A stretch of DNA of 64,000 nucleotides from Podarcis bocagei (lineage: Eukaryota), in the NCBI GenBank assembly GCA_964188305.1, contig OZ076901.1; one strand, given 5' to 3'. Positions 1 through 13,069 of this stretch are shown here, one piece after another. Each line of letters starts with the position of its first letter. Position 1 is the stretch's first letter. The notes under the pieces are model-generated. The model did no database searches. It was not told the origin of the DNA and worked only from the letters and a program-made list of their open reading frames with translations. A program made the position numbers and the translations under genes.

Positions 1-1409
1 AATGTTTCCCGGTTCTTTAGTTTTGGCCCATCCTACTCGGATACCTTTTGTGTCATGCAAACTTGTCTTTCCAGGGGATGGAGTCCTGTCTTCACACAGC
101 CAGCTCACTTGATTGAGCAGTGTCCCTGCTTGTAAACCGGAGGCTTAGGCCACGATGGGCAGGCTGTGTCGCTGACCAATTGACATGCAAGGGACATGGG
201 TGATCCCTTTCGATTCCTTACATTTTGGATTCACATCAAGCTCCTTGATCGATCCAGGAGATTGACAGACTGCCACGTGGAAAATTAAATTGCTTTCCTT
301 CTTCTCTTTAAAAGTCAGATACACTTCAGACCATAAGAAGCAGTTCATTAGTGTTCCAGCTTGGTTATCCATATTAATGCATTCCAGACCAGCTCCGTGG
401 AAGCCATTAATGTGCAGCACCCTCTGCAGGTCAAATACATGGTAGCCATAAATTCAAGAAGCCAGTGGGAAAGGTTGTGCCTGTGTACAGAAACAGGAAC
501 CTGGGTTGTAGATATGAAACCACACCCGGCCATTTTGTCCAGGCAAGCCTCCCTGAACAAAGGCCAGCATTGTAAGAGAATGTTACTGCCTCTGCTTTGA
601 ACAAAGTGCTGTTAAGCTATGTAACCTCTCCTGAGAAAGCTGTTGCTTAGGGTAATGTACCATGGGGGAGTATTATTTTATGCTAGTTGTATTGGAAGCA
701 TAAGCATGACCCTTCAGATCTATATAGAGCTATACATAGATTCATGCAGATTTTTCTTCTGCTACTTAATATAAATTATTGATGGGTCTGGAAGGAGTCT
801 TCCCTTGCCAGGCACCCAACTGGACAAACTTCTGAGGTTCTCAGGATTATGGCTTAAATTGCAGGGAAACTGGGTCTTTTCTCACTGTAGAGAACCTGCT
901 ATTGTTCTCCTTTTCCTTTTCCTCACCATTGCTTTAGCAACAACAACAAAAGTTTTCTTACATCCTGTATTAGGGTGAAACCCAATGCCTGAGTTGCCCA
1001 GTTAAGGTGACCTAACAGCGCATAGTTATCTTATGGGTTCCTCAGTCACAGTATGTGGCGATGAACACTAGCTTTGTATCTTTCTATGTAAAGATTAGAA
1101 CAGCCCTCCTGGATCAGGACAAAGGCCTACCTAGTCCAGCAGAATACAGTAAACTAAAACATCTACCATGCAGAATGCAGTAAACCAGACACTTCTGGAG
1201 CCCAAATGCAGGATTTGAGTGCAAGAGCACTCTCCCCGCTTGTGAATCCCAGAAGCTGCCTCTGACAGTGGAGGTGGAATATAGCCATCATGGCTAGTAG
1301 CCAGAGGCAGCAAATGTGAGGATTCTAAAACTCTTTATCTCTAGAGCAGACTTGTTTAAGTAAAAATAGAATTGATACTCTTTGTGAACTCTGCCCTCTC
1401 TCTTGGTAG

Positions 1410-1509
1410 GTGATGACGCATCTCCATGTGATTGAAGAGAGAATGAACCAAAGTCTGTCCCTGCTCTACAAGGTACCTTATGTGGCAGAAGAAATCCAAA
1501 GTGAGATTG
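1410..1509 (+). CDS. APLP2: APLP2 internal coding exon (end of E2/CAPPD domain); upstream exons lie outside the window
   Basis: ttggtag|GTG...ATT G|gttagt; 100 nt, translates [33 protein letters not shown], matching recalled human APLP2 [33 protein letters not shown]; phase-1 end fits the next exon. Confidence 0.96.
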
Positions 1510-1587
1510 GTTAGTACCTTTGACCTTTTTTTTACGATCCCTAAACTAGTTCGCCAAAAGCACCAAAGCATTTTGGCACCAGAGATC

Positions 1588-1616
1588 AACAACAACAACA
1601 ACAACAACAACAACAA
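1588..1616 (+). repeat. (AAC)n microsatellite in an APLP2 intron
   Basis: Direct reading. Confidence 0.95.
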
Positions 1617-1793
1617 AATAGCAGTACAAACGAAGTATATACTTGTGAAAAGTTCCACCCCGAGTATCTAGCAAATTATTTCCTCCATAGACGAATAAAA
1701 ATAATCCTGACTCGAATCCAAGAGGTTGTGTTGAGTTTCTTGGAAACATCTTCATAGGGCAACACTTTCTAACTGAGCAACTACTGCTTACAG

Positions 1794-1967
1794 ATGAGCT
1801 CCTTCAAGAGCAGCGGGCTGACATGGACCAGTTTACATCTTCCATCTCCGAATCTCCCGTGGACGTCCATGTGAGCTCTGAAGAGAGTGAAGAGTCTCCC
1901 CTTTTTGATGGCAAGCCCTTCCGTCCATTCCAGGTGAAAACTTTCCCAGCCTCACTGGAAAATGAAG
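1794..1967 (+). CDS. APLP2: APLP2 coding exon (juxtamembrane linker)
   Basis: ttacag|AT GAG...GAA G|gtatgt; (D)[57 protein letters not shown]. Confidence 0.96.
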
Positions 1968-2539
1968 GTATGTAGAATTGTGAAAGTGCTGCTGTATCTG
2001 GCCTGAGCTGACGCCATAGATCAGCTACCCAGGTTAAGATACTTGTCCTCACTTTTATTCTGGATATTTTTCTTGCCAGAGCTGCTTTAAAAGTAGCTCC
2101 TGACAAAAGAGCAAGTAGGCAGCTGGTTTCTAATTGTGTCAGACGTTGTCATGTTGAGGCGCCTCCAATTCTATATTCCTTTTTAAGTTTAGTATTCTGA
2201 TTTTAATTTGAGCACATGACAATGCAATAATGATCTAGCTTTGCTTTCTTCCCCGGATGCTTATTTTATTTTGAAGCTTGGCTGTGAATTAATTCCCATT
2301 TTCTTTCATAGGGCCCTTAGCCCAAGCTCAGTTTCATTGCACCTGTTGCTTGCTTTCTGCTGTTCAAAAGTTGGAATAAAACAAAAGAAGCTAGAACTTG
2401 CTATTAATCGCTAATCTAAATGTTGCCCAGGATCTGAGTTAGAAATCGTACACAAGCCTTTTTCTTTTCTCTCCTCTTAATCTCCTTTCTCTGCTATTTT
2501 TTTTTTTTTTTTGTTCTTGTGTTTTCCCGCCTGCTATAG

Positions 2540-2575
2540 ATTCTCAGCCGGATTTGTACCATCCAGTGAAAAAAG
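2540..2575 (+). CDS. APLP2: APLP2 36-nt alternatively spliced micro-exon (equivalent of human exon 14, 12-aa insert)
   Basis: Long pyrimidine tract, then ctgctatag|ATTCTCAGCCGGATTTGTACCATCCAGTGAAAAAAG|gttggt; phase 1-1; encodes DSQPDLYHPVKK versus recalled human DTQPELYHPMKK. Confidence 0.93.
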
Positions 2576-3474
2576 GTTGGTTCTAAGCTGATCCCTCAAA
2601 ACGCCTTTTGTCATGCCCCCTGCCTTTCCAGTGTGTTCTGATAGCTTTTGCTTTTAGTTTCATAACATCAACTTCCACCTCCCTCCCTTCTGCTGATATA
2701 AAGCTTCAGAGATTAAAGTAGCCACCCCCTGTGCAGAACGAGTCAGTTTGGCTGCCTCTGATTAGTTGGCTATTGTTCCAAACATGGTAAATGGTATACA
2801 TACAGTGTTGGTAACTTTGTAATACTGGTTTTAGATATGAGAGTTTGGTGTTCTCTAGCATTGGTAGTAGCATAGTGTTGTGAATGCTAATCAGTTTGTT
2901 TTTAGAGCTACTTGGGTGAAATATCAGTTTTATTTTAATTGCCCTTTCCCATCTGTTCTTCATCATAAACATTATATGGAATGACAAAGCTTGAGTTGGG
3001 CAGATCTTTTGGAATTCTACAGGTTAAAATATGTCCTACTCTGTACAGAAAGACAGAACACTGCTATTCCGTATGAAATACCTTGCAAGGCGTGTTGACC
3101 CACAGTGTTTCCAATGGACAAGGCATATTTGCCAAAATGCACACAGCTGCAAATTCCATAAGCCTTCTTTCATTGGGGTTGGAGACCCATGTGCAGGATC
3201 CTTTCCTCAGTTTCTCTTCTGGTGTGTTTATTTTTACTGACTTACGTTCCAAGTCCTGCTTTGTAGCAAAAGCTTCTTTTTGAACAAAAGGTGCAACAAC
3301 TGTTTAGAGGTTGTCCTCTTCTCAGTGTGGGCTGTGTTGCATTTCAGCACCTCATAGTGGTATTAAGGACTGACACTCTTTACTCTTTTCCATAGTGCAT
3401 CAGGCTTTTTTTATAATTACTGACTCTGAAGCTACTAGAAAAATCTTAGCAAGTCTCATGCTTCTTGAATCAAG

Positions 3475-3950
3475 TTTCAACATGAATAAGCAACCGGTGC
3501 AGCTGCTTCAGGAAAAGGGTTATGCTAATTCTGAGAGCTGCCTTAGCTAGCACCGCTGTTCTGCTGCAGACCAGCTTCAAGGGCAGTCCCACATAAAATG
3601 CATTGTAATAGTCTAATCTGGAGGTCACCAGAGCATGGAATCCAGTGGCCAAGTCATTCCTGTGCAGAAAGAGCTGGAGCTGGTGTATCAACTGGAGCTA
3701 GAAATAGACTCTCCTGTCCAACAAGGCCACCCGAGCCTCCAGCAACAAATGATGGATTGGGGAGTTCTTGCAGGCTATGCACCTGCTCCTCCTTGTGGGC
3801 AGCAACCATGTACGGAGCAAGCCATTTCCTTGCAAACATAACACCTCTGTTTTACCTGAATCCAGCCTCAATTTATTGGCCCACATCCAGACCATCGCCA
3901 CCTCCAAACCTGGAATACAATTGACGCTCTTGTCCATTGAAACTGATTTG
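3475..3950 (-). mobile_element. Degenerate L2-clade LINE ORF2 fragment
   Basis: Translation LATGFHALVTSRLDYYNAFYVGLPLKL is typical of L2-clade ORF2; frameshifted. Confidence 0.75.
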
Positions 3951-5261
3951 TTCTGTCTTCATAACTGCCCTGGAGTGAGCTTCACCTCGCTAGGTAAACA
4001 CGGCTGACCCAAACCAAGAGGAAACAGAACATTTTGCAGTCCATTCTCAGCTGAGTTGAGGCAGCTGTGAACTGTGGTGCATTTGTTCCTGCCTTCCTTT
4101 CCTGTTTTGTTGGGGTTTTTTTTAGCACAGTGCCTGCCAGCTAGAGCTGCTTTTTACCCAGAGATGTATGTGAGATATAAAGAGCTTTTCCTCCAACAAC
4201 TATTCCACTTAAGGCTGTTAAATGGTGCAGAACTATCTAATGGTACCTGTCTTAGCTGCCGAATTCCCTGCCCGAAGCCTTTGCTGTGCTGGCTCCTGAG
4301 AACTGGAAGTGCCAGAGAAAGGCCTATAAAGGCCTGAGGTGGACTAACCTGGAATGGTTAGGCTGAAAGTCTTTAGAAAATATCAATGATTGACTTTCAC
4401 ACACAAAAAAGCTACCAGGCTTAGTGAGCAAGGTGGACTTCCTAGAGCATGATTGGAATCTGAAATGGCATTTCCTGAGCAACTTAGGCAGAGGCAGTAA
4501 AATCAGACACCTTGTCATGGATTGCTTTTAGTGGAACAGGTGAGCTGGGTTCCTTGACCAAATAGAGCACTTTGGTTTAAATACAACCAATTTTCTGCAA
4601 CCAACTCAGTGCTTATGCAAAAGAAAAAGAAAAAAAGAAATAAATAAATTCTGATATGGATATCCCCTCACATGTACTCCAGCTTTAAATAAATGGGTTT
4701 TAATATTTGCACTGTTTCCTTAAAAACTAATATTCTCAGTTTCAAGAAAATGTTCCTAAAGGTGTTGGTGAGGTCCTAGTAGAAATAGATTGGCAAATGT
4801 AAATATAAAATGGATGCATATAGACAATAGAGACAGAACAAGGCACATGCATGTCCACAGTGTAATTTGAAATCCTTTAGCATCTCTTTAAATAAATGTA
4901 CATAAGTAGTTCACTTGAAAAGGTCACACAGTGTAAATCTTTGCTCAGCCATAAATGGGGCGGAGAATTATGCATGCCACTTTGAGTTCCTTGGAGGAAA
5001 GGGGGGATAGAAATGTCAACAACAATACTGTTTTTGGAAAATAATTTTATATTAATCAATGGTGTGACATTAACGCCAAACATTCATAAGGCCCAGATAA
5101 ACCTGCAAACTTCTTGATCACGTCTGCAAATTGGCAATGTATTATGTGACACGAATATAGCTGTGTACTATATTTATATATTGGTTTGGAAGCTAACATG
5201 GCTTACATTCACTTTGTGAAGTACATCACAACAGTTAGCCCAGATGTATTTAAGGTCTTTA

Positions 5262-5391
5262 AGAGGTCTTTAAGCAGAGGCTTGACAACCATATGTTAGG
5301 AGTGCTCTGATGCTGTTTCCTGCTTGGCAGGGGGTTGGACTCGATGGCCCTTGTGGTCTCTTCCAACTCTATGATTCTATGATTCTATGAT
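5262..5391 (+). mobile_element. CR1 LINE 3' end
   Basis: gggggttggactcgatggcc...ttccaactctatgattctatgattctatga, the CR1 tail with (ATTCTATG)n. Confidence 0.85.
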
Positions 5392-6929
5392 TGGCTTCCT
5401 TGTTTGAGCGTACCTCAGTGTGCCTATCGTCCTATGCCTGCCTGGTGAGCAGAATACAGTGACCCTGCAACTTACACACACTTAACTTGTGCACATTCAG
5501 TTTTATGTGCATAGCTAAAAAGAACAAAAATTGGAAAGGGGGGAAAACAACCCCACCCACCATTTAACCCAATGTGTTTTCACTATACGTGACTTTGGCT
5601 TTAGATGCGCTTCCCAGAATGTAACCCCCATGTAAGTTTGTAGGCTTACTGTACTTGAACCACGAAGGTGTTTGCCTTTTAAAATGAGCTAACGTGTCAC
5701 CAGCAGATGGAATAGATCAGCTTTCATTTCATAGGCACAAAGGGAGCTGGGTCAGTTTACTTGGCACCCTTGATGCAGGATCAGTCCCCCACCACAATGC
5801 TTCGTCTCTTTCTGCTTGCTGTTTTTAGACTTCCTTTGGTGTCGGCATCCTATATGATGTCTAACTTTCCCACATGCTCTAGGCAAAATGTGACTGCACC
5901 ACTATTTGGCATTTTCAGGCAGTAAAAACAAAAGAAAGTCAATGTGACAGATGCCCCAAAACACAATTAATCATTCACGTGCCCTCAAAGAACCTTGCTA
6001 ACAGAATACATGAACTCGTCCCTGAGCACAACAAATGGTAGGGCAAGACATGCAATCAGTTATGAAGTGTTTAACTGGTGTATATTGTATTTCCTTTGCA
6101 CCATACGAGGCAAAATTTGGATATGTGGAGCATCTCAGGAATCCAGTGGCTACCTTGGATCCTTCTGCAAATCCATAATGCCTGCCGACATTTTGCAATA
6201 TTCAGATTTCAGATGCTCTTTGTGACTTGAGTGGTTTGACTGTTGCATCAGTCTCTTCTGCTATTCCTCCCGATCAATGTATGAAAGCTCAGGTCTTAAT
6301 GGAAATGCAGAGTGGGTTTGTTGATATCCTCCTCCATTATCACATGCAGTGTTTCATTGGGAACAGGCTGACTGATATTTGGAACTTCATTTGCTCCTCC
6401 CTTGAAATTGATTCTGGACTTGTGCCAGATACAGGACAGGAACTCATTAAGTTTGCTCAGTGGGTGAGCTGTTTGGAATGACTTTGAGGCTCGTTCTCTA
6501 GTTAGTTGCTGATGTGCAGGCTTTCCAAAGGGACAGTGCTGACTTTGCTGTGGCAAGAATATCTCTTGCATGCTGGCTCATATCCTGGTTTCATGGGGCA
6601 TTTATAGCAGCCTCTAGGGACATCTCCCCTGGACTCCCATTGCTTTGTGCCATATCATACTAGCTGACTGTAGAATGGGTGTGTGCTTGAACCTTCTGAA
6701 AAAACTTCCATCATGTTTCCCCCATTTGCCAGCCCCTCCCCCCTCTCATTGTTTGTCTTGCTAGCATAACACTTTGGTGTCCTAACAAATGCATAATAAG
6801 GAAATCTAATAATATGTATATATACGAGAAGCTAGGAATCATAGTGTGCCATACAGACCGGGTGCCATACAGACAGGACAAAATGGCCTTTTCCATTATC
6901 TGATCTCCTCCTTTGTTTCTTCTGCACAG

Positions 6930-7012
6930 GATCTGGCATGGCTGATCTGGATGGACTGATTGGGGCAGAAGAGAAAGTAATCAACAGCAAGAACAAGCTG
7001 GACGAGAATGTG
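6930..7012 (+). CDS. APLP2: APLP2 coding exon
   Basis: tctgcacag|GA TCT GGC...AAT GTG|gtacgt; (G)[27 protein letters not shown]. Confidence 0.96.
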
Positions 7013-7558
7013 GTACGTCCTTTTGCATTTTTATTTTTATTTTTTGCAGAAAACACGGAGCCTGAGATGTGGCTTGCTTTCATGTCGCCCGCTGCTTGCT
7101 TGATAGTCACTAGACTCATTCCATATGGTGCAGGGGAGGCGCAGATTACTGACTTGCAGCTCCCGCAGGCTTCCCGCATGTGTCAGAGACAGAAGGGTAG
7201 GAGTGTGAGGGAAGCAGAGCTAGCATCCTCGCCCTGGACAGCTTTATGGATGTGGGAGGCGGAACAGAACCCTTTGGTGCTCTGGCACAGGCTCCACCGA
7301 CAGATTTGTCAGCTATTTTGAGTGGCAGCATCTTCTGTCAAGTGTAGCAGGCTGTAGTGTTTAGAGCTGATGCTGAGATGTACTCTGTGTTTGCACCTCC
7401 TGTCTGCATCCTTGTTGAAAACTGTAAATAGGAGCTTGTTCGGAGGCAAATTACTTTATCTGGTTGATGGAACACAAACCAGGCTTATTCTACTAAAATG
7501 TAGCCAGCTGACATCTATGTCACGTCACAAGCATTCTCCACCACCAGGGAAAGCTTCA

Positions 7559-7708
7559 NNNNNNNNNNNNNNNNNNNNNNNNNNNNNNNNNNNNNNNNNN
7601 NNNNNNNNNNNNNNNNNNNNNNNNNNNNNNNNNNNNNNNNNNNNNNNNNNNNNNNNNNNNNNNNNNNNNNNNNNNNNNNNNNNNNNNNNNNNNNNNNNNN
7701 NNNNNNNN
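7559..7708. other. Assembly gap (150 N)
   Basis: Run of N. Confidence 1.
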
Positions 7709-8236
7709 TGAACCTTCCTACATCTTGCTGGCTGCTGTACCAGCATCTTGCTGGGCTTCCCTGGCAGCCATGCATATTTAGTGTGAAGGAGCCCTGCATG
7801 CACACAAATGCACACACGTAGGGACTTCTACTTGGGAACAGGAGGCCTGATTAGCCAGGATTCCTGCTTGAGTGGAGGTTTATGTAATTGTATGTATGTG
7901 CACCGCCTTTACACTGAATATGTGGTGCATAGCCACCATAGTTAGTGGGCCAAATCCCTTTCTCTTGCTTTTGTGTGTTTGATGCCTTCTTTTACTGGTT
8001 TTGCAAAAGCCCTACCTTTTTAGCCCTGGAAGCTATTGGGGTTTTGCTAAGCACATGAAACCTGAGCCAGAGAGACGGGTGTAATGACTTAGCAGAGTTT
8101 TGCTAGCTATTTGCTTAGTTTAGAAGCTGCTCCTTTTTGCAAACCCAAGGTGATTTTTTTTATGCACACCCCTGCCCAGTATTCCTCCTTTCTGCCATTA
8201 GCTCCTTGTGTAAAATTCCTTCATGACTGTTTTCAG

Positions 8237-8311
8237 GTAATTGATGAAACCCTTGATGTGAAGGAAATGATTTTCAATCCTGAGCGAGTCGGTGGACTGG
8301 TGGATGAGCCG
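8237..8311 (+). CDS. APLP2: APLP2 coding exon
   Basis: tttcag|GTA ATT GAT...GAG CCG|gtatgt; [25 protein letters not shown]. Confidence 0.96.
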
Positions 8312-8708
8312 GTATGTATATAGCCACCACCCCAGGCTTGCTGTTAGGGGACTTCATGCCCTGACCTGGGTGTTAAGTAGCACTGTGTATACCTCTTCTA
8401 GTTCTGAATATGCCATGAGCGTTGCAAAGAGCAGTAGGCCCAGAGTTTCCCGGAAGAAACGTTTTGTTATTGGCCACGTAGGAGACACGTAAGCAGAAGA
8501 GGTCCCGTGTGTGTCACATATCTGAGAAGGTGTTTTGCAAGGTGCCCCCCGCCAGCCAGATCACAGTGAGAGGGATCAGGGCGAGACCATGACCAGGCAC
8601 ATCTCATGCTTGCTGTGGCAGTTGGTAAAAGGAAGGTGCCTCCCAAGCTAGTTTAGTCATGTTCATTTCCAGCTCTCAGCCCCTCCACATCACTTTCTTC
8701 CTGTCCAG

Positions 8709-8864
8709 GAAAACGACAACACGCTCCGTGACGACTTCAGCTTCAGCAGCAGCGCTCTCATTGGTCTCCTGGTGATTGCTGTTGCCATAGCCACAGTCAT
8801 CGTCATCAGCTTGGTGATGCTGAGGAAGAGGCAGTATGGAACCATCAGCCATGGGATCGTAGAG
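8709..8864 (+). CDS. APLP2: APLP2 transmembrane exon
   Basis: ctgtccag|GAA AAC...GTA GAG|gtgaga; [52 protein letters not shown], the diagnostic APLP2 TM segment. Confidence 0.98.
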
Positions 8865-9361
8865 GTGAGAGGAGCCTCGAGATTCATCGCCTCTGAGAGA
8901 GGGGGGATTGGATTGGCCTGCTGGGTGGGGGAATGGGGTGGCAGCAGTTGCTGTCTGCTGATTTGAGCGTTTGGCAGTCAGTGGCCTTATGTGGTTCAAA
9001 GCGGTTCACTGAAGGTATATCTTTAAAAAGAGAGAGAGAGAACTTCTATTATCCTCTCAGTTCACACATGCACAGAACATACAAATCATCAGGTTCAGAG
9101 CAGTGACTGGAAATCACTGTCATTTTAGCTATTGGCTTGATCATGTGCAATAAGGCATGTGTGAAAGAGCATTCAGACGGGACTTGAGGCTTCTTTTCTT
9201 AGGGAGATGATGGAAGTTGAATCTCTTGCAACGAAGACCTCAGTTTTAAGAGATTAATACCCTTAAATTCTATCCAGGGAGCAGGCCCCACAAATGCGTT
9301 TAGCCCAAGATGCTTTCATGCCTCCTCTTCGCTCGCTAACTGTTGGTTCTCTTCTTTGAAG

Positions 9362-9463
9362 GTTGACCCAATGCTCACGCCAGAGGAGCGGCATCTGAAT
9401 AAGATGCAAAACCATGGATACGAGAATCCAACTTACAAATACTTGGAGCAGATGCAGATTTAA
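9362..9463 (+). CDS. APLP2: APLP2 last coding exon (intracellular domain with YENPTY motif, stop TAA)
   Basis: Branch-like cgctaac, ctttgaag|GTT GAC CCA...ATT TAA; [33 protein letters not shown]. Confidence 0.98.
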   Translation, partial: VDPMLTPEERHLNKMQNHGYENPTYKYLEQMQI

Positions 9464-10895
9464 AAGTTGTTGAAACCACCGCAGCCCTGACCAGCAAAGG
9501 ATCAGGGTAGGAAGGGCCAAAAATGGTCCAGTATTTTGGATCAGCTGTTGACCAACTTTTGCTTGAAGAGGACTTCATATTACATTCAGAACTCCTGGAT
9601 CATTTAAGACTTAATTACTACTGTAGAATTGCAAATTCCATTCTTTTAAATGGGTGAGGAAATGATAATATAACAATATATGATATATAAACCTTAAATG
9701 GGAAAATGGATCTATTGCAGATATTTGAGATGTAGTTTTTTTTTCTTTTTTAAAGAAACTTAATCTAATGAGAGAAAATCCCAGTGCTGTCGTATTGTCT
9801 GATAACAAACTCTCTGTATAAATGAGAAATGTTGTTTTATTTCTGATACACCACTTGTATATTCAAGGTCATGTACCAACCGCATTGTATAAACAAGACA
9901 TTTGTGGCTCTTTGGTCATTCTAGCTTTTATATATACACACATATATATAAAAGCAGTATTCCTTTTTTAAAATAAAGTTTTCACCAAAGTCACCCAAAA
10001 ATTGAAATATTGGGGTTTAGGGTCTTTGGGAGACAAATAAATAAACAGGGAAGCAAATTCACAATAATGGAAACCTTATATAAATTCTCAGATTCCAGTG
10101 ACCTGTGCACATCTTCTTCTGCTGCTGTGTGGCTTGGTTTTCAAAAATCCTAGATCTTATAGAGGTAAGGAGAGGAAATGCTTCTGCCTTAGTGAAATAT
10201 TGGGACCTGGTTTGTGCAGATTGGGATTGCACACTTTGTCCACTTTTCTGAACCTGGTCCTTGTAGAATTGGAAGCCTGCAACGTTTGACTTCAAATCCT
10301 TTCCCTGCAGCCTAAGCCAGCCTCCCTTAGCAGCCACTATTGTAAGAGACCCCTTCTTTGTTAATGTACCCCAGGCCCACTCTTTTCAGGGTTAATCATG
10401 ACCGTTACAGATTAGGGAGGCTGCTGTGTCTTCCCAAGGAAGCTGGAGTCGACACTGGGGTGTCTTCCTAATGGGAGACACCTGATACAGTTGCAAATAG
10501 CCCAGGCATTTGGGGGAGCCCATGAATTATTGCCACTTTGCTCTCCATTATGGGTGGGGTTAGGGAGGGTAGAGGGGATAATGTCCGAGCGATGGAGAAG
10601 GGAAGGGAATTTGTGAAGCGTCGCGGACACTGATCCGTTCACCACCATGTCTTTGTAATGCTTGTATAGTTGGTGTTAATGCTCACAGCTTTTTTTAAAA
10701 TTCTGGAGGTTCTGGTAACCTGTGGTGTATTATTTTATTTTCTATTTTCTGTGACCTTTCTTTTCCCCTCCATCCCTTACCATGTCTCTTCCCACTATGC
10801 ACAGATTTACTTAACCTGCAAACTCCTTAGTGTGGTCTGTGGGGAATGTAAAAAGTTGGAATCACATCAATAAACACTTTAACTTCCAGATTGGT
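9464..10895 (+). other. APLP2: APLP2 3'UTR (approximate end)
   Basis: Repeat-free AU-rich sequence after the stop codon; AATAAA at 9972-9977 and 10869-10874. Confidence 0.7.
10869..10874 (+). terminator. APLP2: Probable distal polyadenylation signal of APLP2
   Basis: AATAAA about 1.4 kb after the stop, followed by GT-rich ttggttcctgtgtc. Confidence 0.6.
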
Positions 10896-12070
10896 TCCTG
10901 TGTCTATCCATAAAGGCGCCTGGTGGTCTCCCATATTTTCTAGCCGGAGCTCTGGGAAGTTGTAAATGTAACCCATAGCTTTAAATTGGGTTTGCCATAA
11001 ACCTCAAGGACTCTTGAGAGTCTCTTGCTACTGAGTGAGGAGGCTCTTTGCCTTGGCCTTCACTAGCTTTTCATTAACATTACCTTACAGAGCAATGGCA
11101 GTGCCGAAGTTGTTGGGCTTATTGTAACGGCTGTGTTGCCAAGTTGCAGCTGCTCTGTTGTGAATTGATTTGCTCCCAGAAGGCACTGTACTTTGCTAGA
11201 CCAATCAGAAATACAAAATTTAATGCTTGGTAAGGGATAAAAAAGTGACAAGAGGCCACCAAGACCCATTGAGTCATCCTGGCATTTTTGATCTTGGGTT
11301 ATTTTTTCCTGTGAGCAGTGGAATGACACAGAGCAGTTGGAAACACCCAAGATTAAGCATCTTTAACTGCAATTCTGGGGGAGTTTGATTAATGCTGTAG
11401 ATGCCCAAGAGGCAAATTTGAACTGAATGCCAAAGCTGCGTGCGCAACTAAACTGTATTACTATCCAGGGGATTAGGATAGATTAAACATACCTGAAAAC
11501 ACTGTGTTCAAATGTGGATCCAAAGAATGTAACCACAAGCTTACCCAAAACCATAACAAGACTAAAATGTCCCCAAATAAACTTCTCAGTTATCCAAAGA
11601 GAAGGATGTTGTACCTCTGGAAGTCCTGTGAAATTAATAGTGAAGCTATTTGTCTGTGGATTTCTATGTGGTTCTGCCAAAGTTGTTATGGAGATTCTAT
11701 GCTTGCACTTACACACAGAGGCCTGGTTTGCAAGCTGAACTGTGGCTAGGTGTGGCCAAGCAAGTGTGCAAGTGCTTGGAGCAAATATTGGGGACCATAT
11801 GTCACTTCTCCCTTTGCTACTTCACCACCAGGAATGAAGCCATACTTGGACTAACCATTGTGCTTGAACCTGTGCTTGTGGTTTCTCTCATTCCAGCCCA
11901 CATTTTCACTGGCAGCAGGACCTGGGAAGGATTGATGCAGCTCCCGTTTTTGCTCCTTGCCCTCGCTTGCTTGTTCAGCGTGCTGAGAAGTGTTGGGAGA
12001 CCCCCCTATCCCCCCCCCACCCGAGCTACAGTTCCTAGAATTCCCTGGGGAAAGGGCTTGATTTTTAAAC

Positions 12071-12799
12071 TGTTAATGGAGAAATCTGAAGGCTCCCTTG
12101 GACAAAAAACAAGGACACCAGCCAAGAATACCAGAGCAAAACAGCAGCCAGTAGGGTTGGTCTTTATTGAAGACTGTTGCGACAGGACTCCCACCTGCCA
12201 CAAGGTGAAACAAGATAGAAGGCCCGTACAAAAGAGAACCCAAACTTTTATTAGCTGTTAATCCCCATGTTACACCCCCCTAAACTACATCACTAATACA
12301 TCATCATTACATCATGAGAGGGGAGGTCTGGTGCTGAGCATCCTGGACCCTGCCCCAATGCTCCCCTAGCCCTCCACCAAACATCTATCAAGTGAAACAA
12401 AAGAGACATTTACATTTCCCTGTTTCCCAGCCAAGTTAATCACACCCTTTTGTCTTTATCTGGGTTTGTTATTTCTGGAATGGCTACCTGTCTGGCACTC
12501 AGGTATCAGGATGCCAAGGATTATCACTCAGGCAGAGGGGCTGCATGTCTATATGAATTTCTGAAGTTTCCCCAGTGAGCCAGTACATAGATAAATTTAT
12601 CAGTGAATTGTTACATTTGGTATTGTGAAGCAGAGGCCCTTTGAATAGATAGGAAGAAACTGTGATGAAGTGTTTTGTGGGGACAAATCACAAAAGTCAC
12701 AAAAGTGATTGTGCTGATTTTGGTAGTGGGCTGCATGTGCATGATATCTGCTGGAGGGGCAACCCCCCCAAAAAAACCTATACATAAATTCCTACAACA
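12071..12799 (-). mobile_element. Solo LTR (729 bp), ERV1- or Gypsy-type
   Basis: Termini TGTT...AACA; 4-bp TSD AAAC (12067-12070 and 12800-12803); interrupts a MITE-like repeat whose halves rejoin as ttaaac|cactctg; AATAAA on - at 12163-12168. Confidence 0.8.
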
Positions 12800-13069
12800 A
12801 AACCACTCTGAAAATTATAGCTCTGCACCCACCCTTAAACTTCCAGTATCCTTTGGGGGAAGCTACAACAGTTTAAAATGTCATGATACTGCTTTAAATG
12901 GATAGTGCCGATGCGGCCTAGAAGATACTTCGTTATGTTGATGTTCCAGGGAGCTGTATATATCACACTGTTATGTTTCCAATACTTGTGTGGAAGGTGA
13001 ATGAGGTATCAGTGTTCAATAGACACCATATAGATTGCTCCCTTGAAAAGTCTCTGCAGAAAACCACCC

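Noticed and set aside
1928-1940. Internal donor-like CAG|GTGAAA in an APLP2 exon
   Set aside because: Phase 0 would break the frame with downstream phase-1 exons, and homology continues to ENE
5995-6571. Overlapping ORFs in an APLP2 intron (possible nested gene)
   Set aside because: No recognisable homology; lengths are within chance expectation
7370-7817. ORFs spanning N runs (also 32777-33104)
   Set aside because: Assembly-gap artefacts
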